Assembly: GCF_001457595.1 (NCBI RefSeq)
Contig: NZ_LN831039.1
Coordinates: forward strand, 1,080,001 to 1,112,000
Source of the DNA: Mycolicibacterium smegmatis
GTDB lineage: Bacteria > Actinomycetota > Actinomycetes > Mycobacteriales > Mycobacteriaceae
DNA: 32,000 bases
Direction: 5' to 3'
The notes under the pieces are model-generated. The model searched no databases and was not told where the DNA came from. It saw only the letters and a list, made by a program, of their open reading frames with translations. Both the position numbers and the translations under genes were made by a program. Shown here piece after piece: positions 9,049-18,583 of this stretch; position 1 is the stretch's first letter; each line of letters begins with the position of its first letter.

Positions 9049-11129
9049 CCGTGGGTGAGCGCGAGACACCACAACCGGCACCACTGAACGACGCGGCGGC
9101 TGCCGCGGCGTACGAGGACGAGAAACCCGCACGGCAGCTGAGCGGTTGGGTGGGGCACGTGGTGGCCGCGGGTTGTGTGCTGCTGGGCCTGTCCGCGGTC
9201 TACCAGGTGTTCTTCCCGCTGGCGCAGGGCAACCAGTTCGCGCTGATCCTGTTCCTCGCGGCCGTGCTGCCGTTGACGCTGCTGAGTTACCGCTCGGGCC
9301 TGGCGCTTCCGGCACGGTGGCGGCGCGACCGTTCCCCGAACCGGGAAACCGAGCCGCGGCGCGACAGTCCGAGCCCGCTGGACTGGGTGCTGGCCGTTGT
9401 CGCGCTGTTCGCGTGTCTCTACCCGATGCTGCCGATCGAGATCGGTGACGGGGGAGGTGGTTTCGACGAGTTCCTGGGCAGGCAGGGCACGCCGGGCATG
9501 ATCGATGTGCTGGTGGGCACGATCGTCCTGCTGCTGGTGCTGGAGGCATGCCGGCGCACCACGGGCCTGGCGCTGCCGATCGTGTGCGTGCTGGCGATCG
9601 GCTACGCCTACTACGGCGGTTACCTTCCCCAGGGCGCGGCGATCGCGCACGCCGGGGTGGACTGGGAACAGATCGTCAGCTCGTCGTTTCTGCAGTCCAC
9701 CGGGTTGTACGGCGTGCCACTGGATGTCGCGGCCACCTACATCGTGCTGTTCACGATCTACGGCGCCGTACTCGAGGCCTCCGGTGCCAGCCGGTTCTTC
9801 ATCAACCTGTCCTTCGCGGCCTTCCGCAAGTCGCGGGCCGCGCCGGGCCGGACGGTGACGCTGGCCGGCTTCCTGCTGGGCAGCGTATCGGGTTCGGGCA
9901 CCGCGACGGCGGTGAGCCTCGGCACGGTGGCCTGGCCTGTGCTGCGAAAGGCGGGGTACCCCAAGGAGAATGCGGGCGGAATGCTCGCCGCGGCGGGCAT
10001 CGGCGCGATCCTGTCCCCGCCGACGCTGGGCGCCGCGGCGTTCATCATCGCCGAGTATCTGGGGGTGCCGTACCTGACGGTGCTGGTGTGGGCGATCGTG
10101 CCGACCCTGCTGTACTACCTGGGCATCCTGCTGGCCGTCGAGATCGACGCACGGCGTTACGGCACAAGGGAAGTCGAGGTCGCCACCACATCGGCGTGGC
10201 GCCTGCTGGCCCGGTTCGGCTATCACCTCGCCTCGCTCGTGCTGATCGTGGTGCTGCTCGCCATGGACGTCTCGGCGGTTCGCGCCGTCGTGTACGCCAC
10301 GGTCGCTGCGATCCTGCTGTCGTTCCTGGATCGCGAGCACCGTCTCACCCCGGCGCGGTTGTACTCCGCGCTGGCGACCGGCGTCCGGGGAGTGCTGTCG
10401 GTCGCGGCGGTCTGTGCGGCCGCGGGTGTCGTCGCGGCGATGATCACCAGGACCGGTCTCGGGTTGCAGTTGAACTCGATCCTGGTCAACACCGCCCGGT
10501 CGATCGCGGAAAACCCTACGGCCGTATTGATTCTCACGGCGATCTTCGCCGCGCTGGCGGTCTCGGTGCTCGGTCTCGCGGTTCCGGTGACGGCGTCTTT
10601 CGTGATCGCGTGGGTGATCATCGGGCCCGCGTTGCAGGACCTCGGGGTGGCCGCACCCGCCGTGGCGATGTTCGTGTTCTACTTCGCGGTGCTGTCGGAG
10701 GTGACGCCACCGACGGCGCTGGCCTCGGTGGCCGCGTCGGCCATCACCGGCGGGCGGGTGATCGCCACCATGATGCAGGCGTTCAAGTACGCGCTGCCTG
10801 CGTTCTTGGTGCCGTTCGCGTTCGTGCTGACCGAGAACGGGCAGGGACTGATCGGGCTGCGGTCGTTCACCGACGCGGTGTGGACGATGGCGGTCGTGGC
10901 GCTGGGCGTGGTGGCTCTCGCGGTGCTCACCGGCGGGTGGATGGTTCGTCGTGCGGGCTGGCCCGAGCGGGCGCTGTGTGCGCCCGCGGCGGCGCTGCTG
11001 CTGTACCTGCAACCGCTGACCATCGCGGTCGGGGCGGGGCTGCTGGTGCTCGCGCTCGCACTGAACCTGGGCCTGGCCCGGTTCCGCGGTGACGAGGCTC
11101 AGTCGCTCAGCGCGACTCCAGGTACGTGA
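9045..11129 (+). CDS. TRAP transporter fused small+large (DctQM-like) permease
   Basis: ~690 aa multi-TM protein with FINLSFAAFRKSRAAPGRTVTLAGFLLGSVSGSGTATAVSLGTVAWPVLRKAGYPKENAGGMLAAAGIGAILSPPTLGAAAFIIAEYLGV; TTG start 9045 overlaps upstream stop (TTGA), alternative GTG 9051. Confidence 0.93.
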   Translation: MTVGERETPQPAPLNDAAAAAAYEDEKPARQLSGWVGHVVAAGCVLLGLSAVYQVFFPLAQGNQFALILFLAAVLPLTLLSYRSGLALPARWRRDRSPNRETEPRRDSPSPLDWVLAVVALFACLYPMLPIEIGDGGGGFDEFLGRQGTPGMIDVLVGTIVLLLVLEACRRTTGLALPIVCVLAIGYAYYGGYLPQGAAIAHAGVDWEQIVSSSFLQSTGLYGVPLDVAATYIVLFTIYGAVLEASGASRFFINLSFAAFRKSRAAPGRTVTLAGFLLGSVSGSGTATAVSLGTVAWPVLRKAGYPKENAGGMLAAAGIGAILSPPTLGAAAFIIAEYLGVPYLTVLVWAIVPTLLYYLGILLAVEIDARRYGTREVEVATTSAWRLLARFGYHLASLVLIVVLLAMDVSAVRAVVYATVAAILLSFLDREHRLTPARLYSALATGVRGVLSVAAVCAAAGVVAAMITRTGLGLQLNSILVNTARSIAENPTAVLILTAIFAALAVSVLGLAVPVTASFVIAWVIIGPALQDLGVAAPAVAMFVFYFAVLSEVTPPTALASVAASAITGGRVIATMMQAFKYALPAFLVPFAFVLTENGQGLIGLRSFTDAVWTMAVVALGVVALAVLTGGWMVRRAGWPERALCAPAAALLLYLQPLTIAVGAGLLVLALALNLGLARFRGDEAQSLSATPGT

Positions 11130-11760
11130 TCACCGCGCGCACCCGGCGGTGATCGTCGGCGGTCTCGGTGAGGTTGAGCTTGGTCAGGATGCTGCGCACA
11201 TGCTTCTCGACCGTGCCCTCGGTGACCCACAGCCGGCGTGCGATACCCGCGTTGGACCGGCCCTCGGCCATCAGCATGAGCACCTCCTGCTCGCGTGCGC
11301 TGAGCGCGGCCAGCGGATCGTCGCGCCGGCGCGCGGACACCAGTTCCGACACCAGCGCCGGGTCCACCACCGAGGCGCCCTTGGCGATGCGTTCGAGGGT
11401 CTCGACGAAGTCGGACACGTCGGTGACGCGTGACTTCAGCAGATAGCCGATGCCGTGACCGCTCGCGAGCAGTTCGGTCGCGTGCTCCACCTCGACGTGT
11501 GCCGAGAGCACCAGGATGCCGGTGCCCGGGAACTCGTTGCGGATCACCTTGGCGGCGTCGAGTCCCTCGGTGGTGTTGGTCGGGGGCATCCGGATGTCGA
11601 CGACCGCCAGCTGCGGTGTCTTCTCCCGCACCAGCGTGAGCAGTTCGATCGCGTCGGCGGCCTGGCCGACGACGTCGAAGCCGGACCGGTCGAGCAGGCT
11701 CGAGAGCCCTTCACGCAACAGAACGTCGTCGTCGGCGACGACGACTTGCAGCCCACTCAT
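11107..11760 (-). CDS. NarL/LuxR-type response regulator
   Basis: MSGLQVVVADDDVLLREGLSSLLDRSG... receiver; LSAREQEVLMLMAEGRSNAGIARRLWVTEGTVEKHVRSILTKLNL LuxR HTH. Confidence 0.95.
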   Translation of the reverse strand: MSGLQVVVADDDVLLREGLSSLLDRSGFDVVGQAADAIELLTLVREKTPQLAVVDIRMPPTNTTEGLDAAKVIRNEFPGTGILVLSAHVEVEHATELLASGHGIGYLLKSRVTDVSDFVETLERIAKGASVVDPALVSELVSARRRDDPLAALSAREQEVLMLMAEGRSNAGIARRLWVTEGTVEKHVRSILTKLNLTETADDHRRVRAVITYLESR

Positions 11761-11877
11761 CGGTGATCCTCTCGGTGCCCCGCTCGGGATGATCCATCAT
11801 TTCCCATCGGCGTGTGCGCGGCTATGTGAACGGGCTAGGTAAATGTCAACGTGAATGCGCCGGGCGAATGCGATCGA

Positions 11878-13227
11878 TCACCGGACGAACGCCGCACCCT
11901 TTTCGCGATCCAGGTAGGTCTCGGACTTGTTCTTGAGGAAGAACAGGTACACCACCAGCGAGATCGCGATGCAGACGGTCACGTAGCCGATGAACAGCGG
12001 GACCTGGTCGCGTTCCTTGAGGGCCTGATAGATCACCGGCGCGGTGCCACCCACCAGTGAGTTCGCCAGCGCGTAGCCGACGCCGACGCCGAGCGCGCGG
12101 ATGTGCGACGGGAACAGCTCGGCCTTCACGACCGCGTTGATCGAGGTGTATCCGGTGAGGATGATGTAGCCGCCGGCGACCAGCAGGAACGACATGATCG
12201 CCGAGTGGGTCTGCGGCAGGTAGGTGATCAGGATGTAGGTGTAGATCACGCCGCCGAAACCGAACCACAGCAACAGGGGCTTGCGGCCCACCTTGTCGCT
12301 GATCAGGCCACCGACGGGCTGCAAGAGCATCAGGAAGATGAGCCCGAACAGGTTGATCCAGGTCGCGGTCATCGCCTGGTCCTTGTAGGTGGTCTTGACG
12401 ATGGCCGGGGCGTTGACGCTGTAGGTGTAGAACGCGATGGTGCCGCCGAGGGTGATCAGGAAGCACATCAGCAGCGCTTTGGGGTACCGCGTGAGCAGTT
12501 CGCCCAGCGAGCCCGAACTCGTGTCCTTGCCCGTCTTGATCGCCTCGAGTTGTTCCTCGCTCAGCGACTCGTCCATGGTGCGGCGCAGCCAGAACACCAC
12601 GATCGCGGCGACGCCGCCGATCGCGAAGCCGATGCGCCAGCCGAAGTCGTGTACCTGCTCGGTGGTGAACGCCGTGAGGATGATCAGCAGCGTGAACTGC
12701 GCGAGCACGTGGCCGCCGACGAGCGTGACGTACTGGAACGACGAGAAGAAACCGCGTCGCTCGCGGGTTGCGGCCTCCGACATGTAGGTGGCCGACGTGC
12801 CGTACTCGCCGCCGGTGGCGAAGCCCTGCACCAGGCGGCACAGGATCAGGATCACGGGTGCGGCCGCACCGATCACCTCACGCGACGGCACGATGGCGAT
12901 GACCAAAGAGCACAGCGCCATCAGGGACACACTGAACGTCAGCGCGGCGCGCCTGCCGCGGCGGTCGGCGAAGCGCCCGAAGAACCACGAGCCGATGGGG
13001 CGGGTCAGGAACGTCACCGCGAAGATCGCGTAGACGTAGACCGTCGAGTTCTCGTCGCCTTCGGCGAAGAACTGCTTCTCGAAGTACGTCGCGAACACCG
13101 TGTAGACGTAGACGTCGTACCACTCGACGAGGTTGCCCGACGATCCGCGGATGGTGTTCCAGATGGCGCGGCGGGTTTCCGCGGCGCCGGATCGCGTGGG
13201 CGGGTGTGCCTGGCCGGCAACCGTCAT
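11878..13227 (-). CDS. MFS transporter, metabolite:H+ symporter (MHS) type
   Basis: 12-TM; NLVEWYDVYVYTVFATYFEKQFF, RPIGSWFFGRFADRRGRRAAL, LVQGFATGGEYGTSATYMSEAA. Confidence 0.92.
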   Translation of the reverse strand: MTVAGQAHPPTRSGAAETRRAIWNTIRGSSGNLVEWYDVYVYTVFATYFEKQFFAEGDENSTVYVYAIFAVTFLTRPIGSWFFGRFADRRGRRAALTFSVSLMALCSLVIAIVPSREVIGAAAPVILILCRLVQGFATGGEYGTSATYMSEAATRERRGFFSSFQYVTLVGGHVLAQFTLLIILTAFTTEQVHDFGWRIGFAIGGVAAIVVFWLRRTMDESLSEEQLEAIKTGKDTSSGSLGELLTRYPKALLMCFLITLGGTIAFYTYSVNAPAIVKTTYKDQAMTATWINLFGLIFLMLLQPVGGLISDKVGRKPLLLWFGFGGVIYTYILITYLPQTHSAIMSFLLVAGGYIILTGYTSINAVVKAELFPSHIRALGVGVGYALANSLVGGTAPVIYQALKERDQVPLFIGYVTVCIAISLVVYLFFLKNKSETYLDREKGAAFVR

Positions 13228-13314
13228 GACCGTCCCCCAGAGTTGGTGTGTCCCCCGAACGACGGACAGGGTAGTCGTTGCCGGGTGTGCCCTCGCGCGC
13301 AGGTCACGAACCAG

Positions 13315-13866
13315 TCAAGCGCTTGCGCGCACGATCGGCCAGAAGAGCGCGAACAGTCGCTCCTGCCAGCCGTCGGCGACTGCGCCGGTGCGGGCGGATT
13401 CGGCGATGTAGGCGCCGACCACGGCATCGATCAGCGTTTGTGCGTCGACGTCGTCGCGCATCGACCCATCGGTCTTGGCCGCGTCGATCACCTCGGCCAG
13501 GGCCGCGCGCTGTTCGACCAGGATCCGCCGGAACAAGGTGTTGAACTCGGGGTCGTCCTCGGTGCACAGCGCTGCCAGGCCGCCGATCCCGATGCCGTCC
13601 TCGATCGTCCCGATCGCCTGGGCGATGACCCAGCGGAGCCGGTCGGGCGCGTCGGCGCCGGGGTCGAGCGATTCGGGTGTGGCCAGGCCCGACAGCGCCG
13701 CGGCGAGCATCTCGCGCCGGTTGTGGTGGCGCCGGTAGATCGTGGTCTTGGCGATACCCGAGTGTGAGGTGACGGCTTCGACCGTGACGGCGCGCGGACC
13801 TCCGCTGCGCAGCAGGTGCAGGGTCGATTCGGTGATGCCGTCCTCAACGCGTCGTCGCTCTGCCAT
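13315..13866 (-). CDS. TetR-family transcriptional regulator
   Basis: HTH AEVRAPSRSKPSPH region in the correct frame reads ITESTLHLLRSGGPRAVTVEAVTSHSGIAKTTIYRRHHNRREMLAAAL. Confidence 0.93.
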   Translation of the reverse strand: MAERRRVEDGITESTLHLLRSGGPRAVTVEAVTSHSGIAKTTIYRRHHNRREMLAAALSGLATPESLDPGADAPDRLRWVIAQAIGTIEDGIGIGGLAALCTEDDPEFNTLFRRILVEQRAALAEVIDAAKTDGSMRDDVDAQTLIDAVVGAYIAESARTGAVADGWQERLFALFWPIVRASA

Positions 13867-13904
13867 CTGGGTCCTGTTCGTCGGGAGCTTTCGCCGTCGT
13901 TTAG

Positions 13905-13948
13905 CGCTACACTAGCCGTAGCGGCGATACGCTACGCGTAGCGAATCG
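13905..13948. promoter_or_regulatory. Candidate TetR operator: two inverted repeats of CGCTAC/GTAGCG
   Basis: CGCTAC (13905-13910) N7 GTAGCG (13918-13923), and perfect 14-bp palindrome CGCTACGCGTAGCG (13930-13943) within 24-bp CGATaCGCTACGCGTAGCGaATCG (13925-13948, one mismatched pair). Confidence 0.7.
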
Positions 13949-13986
13949 TACCCGTTCGAGTCAGCTTCAGCAGAAAGGTGGATGGC

Positions 13987-14367
13987 ATGCGCGCCAAACC
14001 CGGTCGGATCTCGGTCTCCTATGTCGCCTACGTGATGTTGCTCCTCGGCTTCATCTCGCTCGGTGTGCTGGTCGGCTCGCTCGCAGTCGGCAGCCCCGAC
14101 GTGGCCCGGCTCGCGGGTGTCGCCCTGGCGGGAAGCGTGACCGCTTCCGTCGTGGGCTTTCGCGTGGCCGCGCGCAAGTTCAAGGCCGAACGCGGTGCCG
14201 ATGCCCACAACGTGAGCATCTTCGACAGGCCACGCGACGCCGAAGCCGCGGATCGGTACGCGCAGCGTTACCGCCCGGTCGACCCCGGCACCGACACCGA
14301 CACCGTTGCCGTCGCGGTGTTGCCGGCAGCCGAAACCACCGCAGCGCGTGAGCGCCGGGCGGCGTGA
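13987..14367 (+). CDS. Small hypothetical membrane protein (two TM helices, DUF4229-like context uncertain)
   Basis: [63 protein letters not shown]; AAAGG upstream; GTG 13978 is the alternative start. Confidence 0.7.
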   Translation: MRAKPGRISVSYVAYVMLLLGFISLGVLVGSLAVGSPDVARLAGVALAGSVTASVVGFRVAARKFKAERGADAHNVSIFDRPRDAEAADRYAQRYRPVDPGTDTDTVAVAVLPAAETTAARERRAA

Positions 14368-14371
14368 TCGC

Positions 14372-15241
14372 CTAGAGGAACGCCAGCGGGATCGAGACCG
14401 CGAGCGCCCACACCAGCATGGTCAGGCCGGTGTCACGCAGCACGGGGATCAGATCCTTGCCGCCCAGGCCGCGGCGCACGGGCGCCGCGGCACGCGCGGC
14501 AAGCGGCAGCGCCACCAGGCCCGCCGCGGCCCACGGTGTCGCGAGCATCAGCACGAGTGTCAGCACCATCGCGACCCCCACCAGCACCTGGAACAGCACG
14601 CGGGTGCGGACGTCGCCGAGGCGCACGGCCAGCGTGATCTTGCCGGTCTGGGCGTCGGTCGGGATGTCGCGCAGGTTGTTGGCCACCAGCACGGCCGACG
14701 AGAGCGATCCCATCGCGACCGCGAGCACCAGGCCCACCCAGTCGACGCGCAGCGCCTGCACGTACTGCGTGCCGAGCACCGCGACCAGGCCGAAGAAGAT
14801 GAACACCGCGACCTCGCCGAGGCCCTGGTAGCCGTAGGGCTTCTTGCCGCCGGTGTACAGCCACGCCCCGGCGATGCACACCGCGCCGACGGCGATGAGC
14901 CACGGCGCGCTCGTCACGGCCAGCGCCAGGCCGGCCACCGCGCCGACGGCCAGGCTCACGATCGCCGCGGTCAGCACCGCGCGGGGCGACGCGAGTTTCG
15001 AACCCACCAGGCGCAGCGGCCCCGACCGCACATCGTCGGTGCCGCGGATGCCGTCGGAGTAGTCGTTGGCGAAGTTGACACCCACGATCAACGCGAGCGA
15101 GACGGCCAACGCCAGCAATGCTTTCCACCACACGGCCGCATCCAGCCAGGCCGCCGCGCCGGTGCCGGCGATCACCGGTGATACGGCGTTGGGCAACGTA
15201 CGGGGGCGGGCGCCTTCGATCCACTGCGCGAAACTGGCCAC
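14372..15241 (-). CDS. menA: 1,4-dihydroxy-2-naphthoate polyprenyltransferase
   Basis: UbiA-family: [17 protein letters not shown] and [22 protein letters not shown]; GTG start at 15241 ([26 protein letters not shown]). Confidence 0.95.
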   Translation of the reverse strand: MASFAQWIEGARPRTLPNAVSPVIAGTGAAAWLDAAVWWKALLALAVSLALIVGVNFANDYSDGIRGTDDVRSGPLRLVGSKLASPRAVLTAAIVSLAVGAVAGLALAVTSAPWLIAVGAVCIAGAWLYTGGKKPYGYQGLGEVAVFIFFGLVAVLGTQYVQALRVDWVGLVLAVAMGSLSSAVLVANNLRDIPTDAQTGKITLAVRLGDVRTRVLFQVLVGVAMVLTLVLMLATPWAAAGLVALPLAARAAAPVRRGLGGKDLIPVLRDTGLTMLVWALAVSIPLAFL

Positions 15242-15331
15242 GCCGCCATCGTATTTGCACGGGTGTTTGCGGGGATACGCACAGTATTCGCAGGACATGT
15301 CCTGCTGCGCGGGCCGACCTAGACTGGCCCC

Positions 15332-15577
15332 ATGAACGAGCAGCTCAGCAAGACCGAGATCGGCAAGGACGCGCTGCAGGAGTCCGTCGAGGCGCTGGCC
15401 ACGACGGTGGGGGAGGTCGCCACGATCGTCACCACGGCCGTCAAGGACGTGGCGTCGGCCATCGGGGGTCTCGCGACCGAGGTGTTCGAGATCGGTGACA
15501 TCGCGCGCCGCGCGGCGCGGGCAGGCGCCCCGGAAAGCGCCGCAGGAGACGCAGAAGACACAGACATCGCCGAGTGA
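15332..15577 (+). CDS. Small hypothetical protein
   Basis: [46 protein letters not shown]...; its TGA overlaps the next start (GTGATG). Confidence 0.6.
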   Translation: MNEQLSKTEIGKDALQESVEALATTVGEVATIVTTAVKDVASAIGGLATEVFEIGDIARRAARAGAPESAAGDAEDTDIAE

Positions 15578-16353
15578 TGCTCGGGGTCATCGGCGGCAGC
15601 GGTTTCTACACGTTCTTCGGCTCTGACGCGCGAGCGGTCAGCGTCGAGACCCCGTACGGCCCGCCGAGCGCGCCCATCACGGTGGGCACGGTGGGTGATC
15701 ACGAGGTGGCGTTCCTGCCGCGGCACGGCGTGAAGCACGAGTTCTCGCCGCACACCGTGCCGTACCGCGCCAACCTGTGGGCGTTGCGCTCTCTCGGGGT
15801 GCGACGCGTCTTCGCGCCATGCGCGGTCGGCAGCCTCACGCCGGATCTTGGGCCGGGTTCGATCGTGGTGCCCGATCAGCTGGTCGACCGCACCAGCGGG
15901 CGCGACGACACGTACTTCGATTCCGGCGGAATCCATGTCGCCTTCGCCGACCCGTACTGCCCGACGCTGCGCGCCGCGGCCACGGGGCTTCCCGGCGTGG
16001 TCGACGGTGGCACCATGGTGGTGATCCAGGGTCCGCGTTTTTCCACGCGCGCCGAGAGCCGCTGGTTCGCGAGCCAGGGCTTCACGCTGGTGAACATGAC
16101 CGGCTATCCCGAGGCGGTCCTCGCTCGTGAGCTGGAGATGTGTTATGCGGCAGTCGCTTTGGTGACCGATCTGGACGCGGGCATCGAGGTCGGGTCGGGT
16201 GTCCGCGCGGTCGACGTGTTCGCCGAGTTCGAGCGCAACATGCCGCCGTTCAAGAAACTCGTCTTCGAGGCACTCGAGGCCGTCGAGGTCGAGCGGACCT
16301 GCACGCACTGCCTGACCCACAGCGGGGTGCAGTTGCCCTTCGAGTTGCCATGA
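15577..16353 (+). CDS. mtnP: S-methyl-5'-thioadenosine phosphorylase
   Basis: [90 protein letters not shown]; GTG 15574 is the alternative start. Confidence 0.93.
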   Translation: MLGVIGGSGFYTFFGSDARAVSVETPYGPPSAPITVGTVGDHEVAFLPRHGVKHEFSPHTVPYRANLWALRSLGVRRVFAPCAVGSLTPDLGPGSIVVPDQLVDRTSGRDDTYFDSGGIHVAFADPYCPTLRAAATGLPGVVDGGTMVVIQGPRFSTRAESRWFASQGFTLVNMTGYPEAVLARELEMCYAAVALVTDLDAGIEVGSGVRAVDVFAEFERNMPPFKKLVFEALEAVEVERTCTHCLTHSGVQLPFELP

Positions 16354-17390
16354 GGGTCCTGCTGACCGGTGCGGCCGGGTTCATCGGCAGCCGGATCGCG
16401 GTGGCGCTGCGCGACGCGGGCCATGAGGTGATCGGCGTCGACGCGATGCTGCCCGCTGCGCACCGCACCGGGGCCCAACCGCCCGAGGGTTGCGAGCTGA
16501 TCGACGTGCGCGACGCGGATGCGTTGGCGCCGTTGCTCTCTGGCGTCGACGTGGTCTGTCATCAGGCCGCGGTGGTGGGTGCCGGGGTGAACCCGGGTGA
16601 CGCCCCGTCGTATGCGAGTCACAACGATCTCGGCACCGCGGTGCTCTTGGCGCAGATGTTCGAGGCGGGGTGCACTCGCCTGGTGCTGGCGTCGTCGATG
16701 GTGGTCTACGGGCAGGGCCGTTTCTACTGCGTGGAGCACGGCGAGATCGACCCGATGCCGCGCTCACGTGCCGATCTCGATGCCGGGGTGTTCGAACACC
16801 GGTGCCCGGTCGGCGAGGAACCGCTGCGGTGGCAGTTGGTCGGCGAGGACGCGCCGGTGCGTCCTCGCAGCCTGTACGCCGCGAGCAAGGCCGCCCAGGA
16901 GCACTACGCGCTCGCGTGGGCCGTGGCCGTGGGCGGTTCGGTGGTGGCGTTGCGCTATCACAACGTCTACGGTCCGGGCATGCCGCGTGACACCCCCTAT
17001 TCGGGGGTCGCGGCGATCTTCCGTTCCCAGCTCGAATCTGGTGATGTGCCAAGGGTTTTCGAGGACGGCGGCCAGATGCGCGACTTCGTGCACGTCGACG
17101 ACGTCGCGGCGGCCAACCTGGCGGCCGTGCACGCCGTGGACGGGGGCCTGGACGGATTCCACCCGTTCAACGTGTGCTCGGGCAGGCCCATCTCGATCAT
17201 GGACGTGGCCACGCAGTTGTGTGAGGTGCGCGGGGCGCCCGGGCCGGTGGTCACCGGCCAGTACCGCAGCGGCGACGTCCGGCACATCGTCGCCGATCCC
17301 GCGCGCGCCCACGAGGTGCTGGGGTTTCGCGCTGCGATCGACCCGCGCGACGGCCTGCGGGAGTTCGCGTTCGCCAGACTGCGTGACTGA
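16350..17390 (+). CDS. NAD-dependent epimerase/dehydratase (extended SDR)
   Basis: [31 protein letters not shown]; YAASKAAQEHYA active-site motif; ATGA overlap with upstream gene. Confidence 0.92.
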   Translation: MRVLLTGAAGFIGSRIAVALRDAGHEVIGVDAMLPAAHRTGAQPPEGCELIDVRDADALAPLLSGVDVVCHQAAVVGAGVNPGDAPSYASHNDLGTAVLLAQMFEAGCTRLVLASSMVVYGQGRFYCVEHGEIDPMPRSRADLDAGVFEHRCPVGEEPLRWQLVGEDAPVRPRSLYAASKAAQEHYALAWAVAVGGSVVALRYHNVYGPGMPRDTPYSGVAAIFRSQLESGDVPRVFEDGGQMRDFVHVDDVAAANLAAVHAVDGGLDGFHPFNVCSGRPISIMDVATQLCEVRGAPGPVVTGQYRSGDVRHIVADPARAHEVLGFRAAIDPRDGLREFAFARLRD

Positions 17391-17405
17391 GGGAGTGACC
17401 GAGGA

Positions 17406-17427
17406 CCACTTGACACCCGTCAAGTGG
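17406..17427. terminator. Intercistronic hairpin, candidate terminator/attenuator
   Basis: CCACTTGAC (17406-17414) ACCC GTCAAGTGG (17419-17427): perfect 9-bp stem, 4-nt loop. Confidence 0.65.
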
Positions 17428-17428
17428 C

Positions 17429-18574
17429 GTGGTCGATACTGACGGGGTGAAACCCGCGATCTGTGAACAGTTCGGTATCGACTTCCCGCTCTTTGCGTTC
17501 AGCCACTGCCGCGACGTGGTGGCCGCGGTGACCAACGCAGGCGGTTTCGGCGTGCTCGGCGCCACGGCCTACACGCCCGAGCAGCTGGACCAGGAACTGT
17601 CCTGGATCGACGAGCAGGTGGGCGGCAAGCCCTACGGCGCCGACATCATCGTGCCCGCGAAATTCGAGGGCAAGGGCGAGAACCTGACCCGCGACCAGCT
17701 CAAGGACCGCATCCCCGGCGAGTACCGCGACTTCATCACCGGTCTGCTCGCCGAGCACGGCATCGAACCGGACCCCAAGCAGCGGCTGGGTGGTTCCTCG
17801 CTGTCCGGGGACACCGGACGCGAACTGCTCGACGTCGCGTTGAGCCACCCGATCAAGCTGATCGCCAACGCCCTTGGCGTTCCGCCGGACTACATGATCG
17901 AGGCAGGTCGCGAGCGCGGTGTGCCCGTGGCGGCTTTGGTCGGCGCGCGGGAGCACGCCCTCAAGCAGGTGCAGGCGGGCGTCGACCTCATCGTCGCGCA
18001 GGGCACCGAGGCGGGCGGCCACTGCGGCGAGGTGTCGACGCTGGTGCTGGTGCCAGAGGTGATCGACACCCTGGCCCAGGCAGGCAGCGACATCCCGGTG
18101 CTGGCGGCGGGCGGCATCGTGACCGGCAGGCAGATGGCCGCGGCCGTGGCCATGGGCGCCGCGGGTGCCTGGACGGGCTCGGTGTGGCTGACCACCGAGG
18201 AGGCCGAGACCGCGCCTGCCACCGTGCAGAAGATGCTCGCGGCTACCTCGCGCGACACCATCCGGTCGACCGGGCGCACCGGCAAGCCCGCGCGTCAGCT
18301 GGTCTCGGACTGGACCAAGGCCTGGGCGCCCACACCCGGCGGGCATCCGACCCTGCCGCTGCCGCTGCAGAACATGCTCGCCGAGCCGGTGATCCGCCGC
18401 ATCGATGTGCTTGCCGCACAAGGGCATCAGGGTGCCCAGGAGCTCGCGACGTACTTCGTCGGTCAGGGCGTGGGCCTGATGAACAAGGTCAAGCCCGCAA
18501 AAGAGGTCGTGCGTGAGTTCATCGAGGACTACCTGGCCGCCACCGAACGGCTGAGCAACTCGCTGCCGGACTGA
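17429..18574 (+). CDS. NAD(P)H-dependent flavin oxidoreductase / nitronate monooxygenase family
   Basis: VTNAGGFGVLGATAYTPEQLDQELSWID, IVAQGTEAGGHCGEVSTLVLVPEVID, PVLAAGGIVTGRQMAAAVAMGAAGAWTGSVWL; alternative start GTG 17447. Confidence 0.9.
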   Translation: MVDTDGVKPAICEQFGIDFPLFAFSHCRDVVAAVTNAGGFGVLGATAYTPEQLDQELSWIDEQVGGKPYGADIIVPAKFEGKGENLTRDQLKDRIPGEYRDFITGLLAEHGIEPDPKQRLGGSSLSGDTGRELLDVALSHPIKLIANALGVPPDYMIEAGRERGVPVAALVGAREHALKQVQAGVDLIVAQGTEAGGHCGEVSTLVLVPEVIDTLAQAGSDIPVLAAGGIVTGRQMAAAVAMGAAGAWTGSVWLTTEEAETAPATVQKMLAATSRDTIRSTGRTGKPARQLVSDWTKAWAPTPGGHPTLPLPLQNMLAEPVIRRIDVLAAQGHQGAQELATYFVGQGVGLMNKVKPAKEVVREFIEDYLAATERLSNSLPD

Positions 18575-18583
18575 CGCCCGGTG

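Noticed and set aside
7915-9549. 544-aa antisense ORF over the TAXI lipoprotein
   Set aside because: Low-complexity Pro/Arg composition opposite a well-supported lipoprotein gene; not protein-like.
8967-11012. 681-aa antisense ORF opposite the TRAP permease
   Set aside because: Gln/His/Arg-rich composition typical of antisense frames in GC-rich genes. The sense frame is a clear TRAP permease.
13246-13268. TGTCC-N10-GGACA inverted repeat upstream of the MFS gene
   Set aside because: Only 5-bp arms, expected by chance in this composition; the stronger palindromes at 13905-13948 better explain regulation.
12103-13767. 554-aa plus-strand ORF across MFS and TetR genes
   Set aside because: Asp/Gln/Arg-rich shadow frame; spans two well-supported minus-strand genes.
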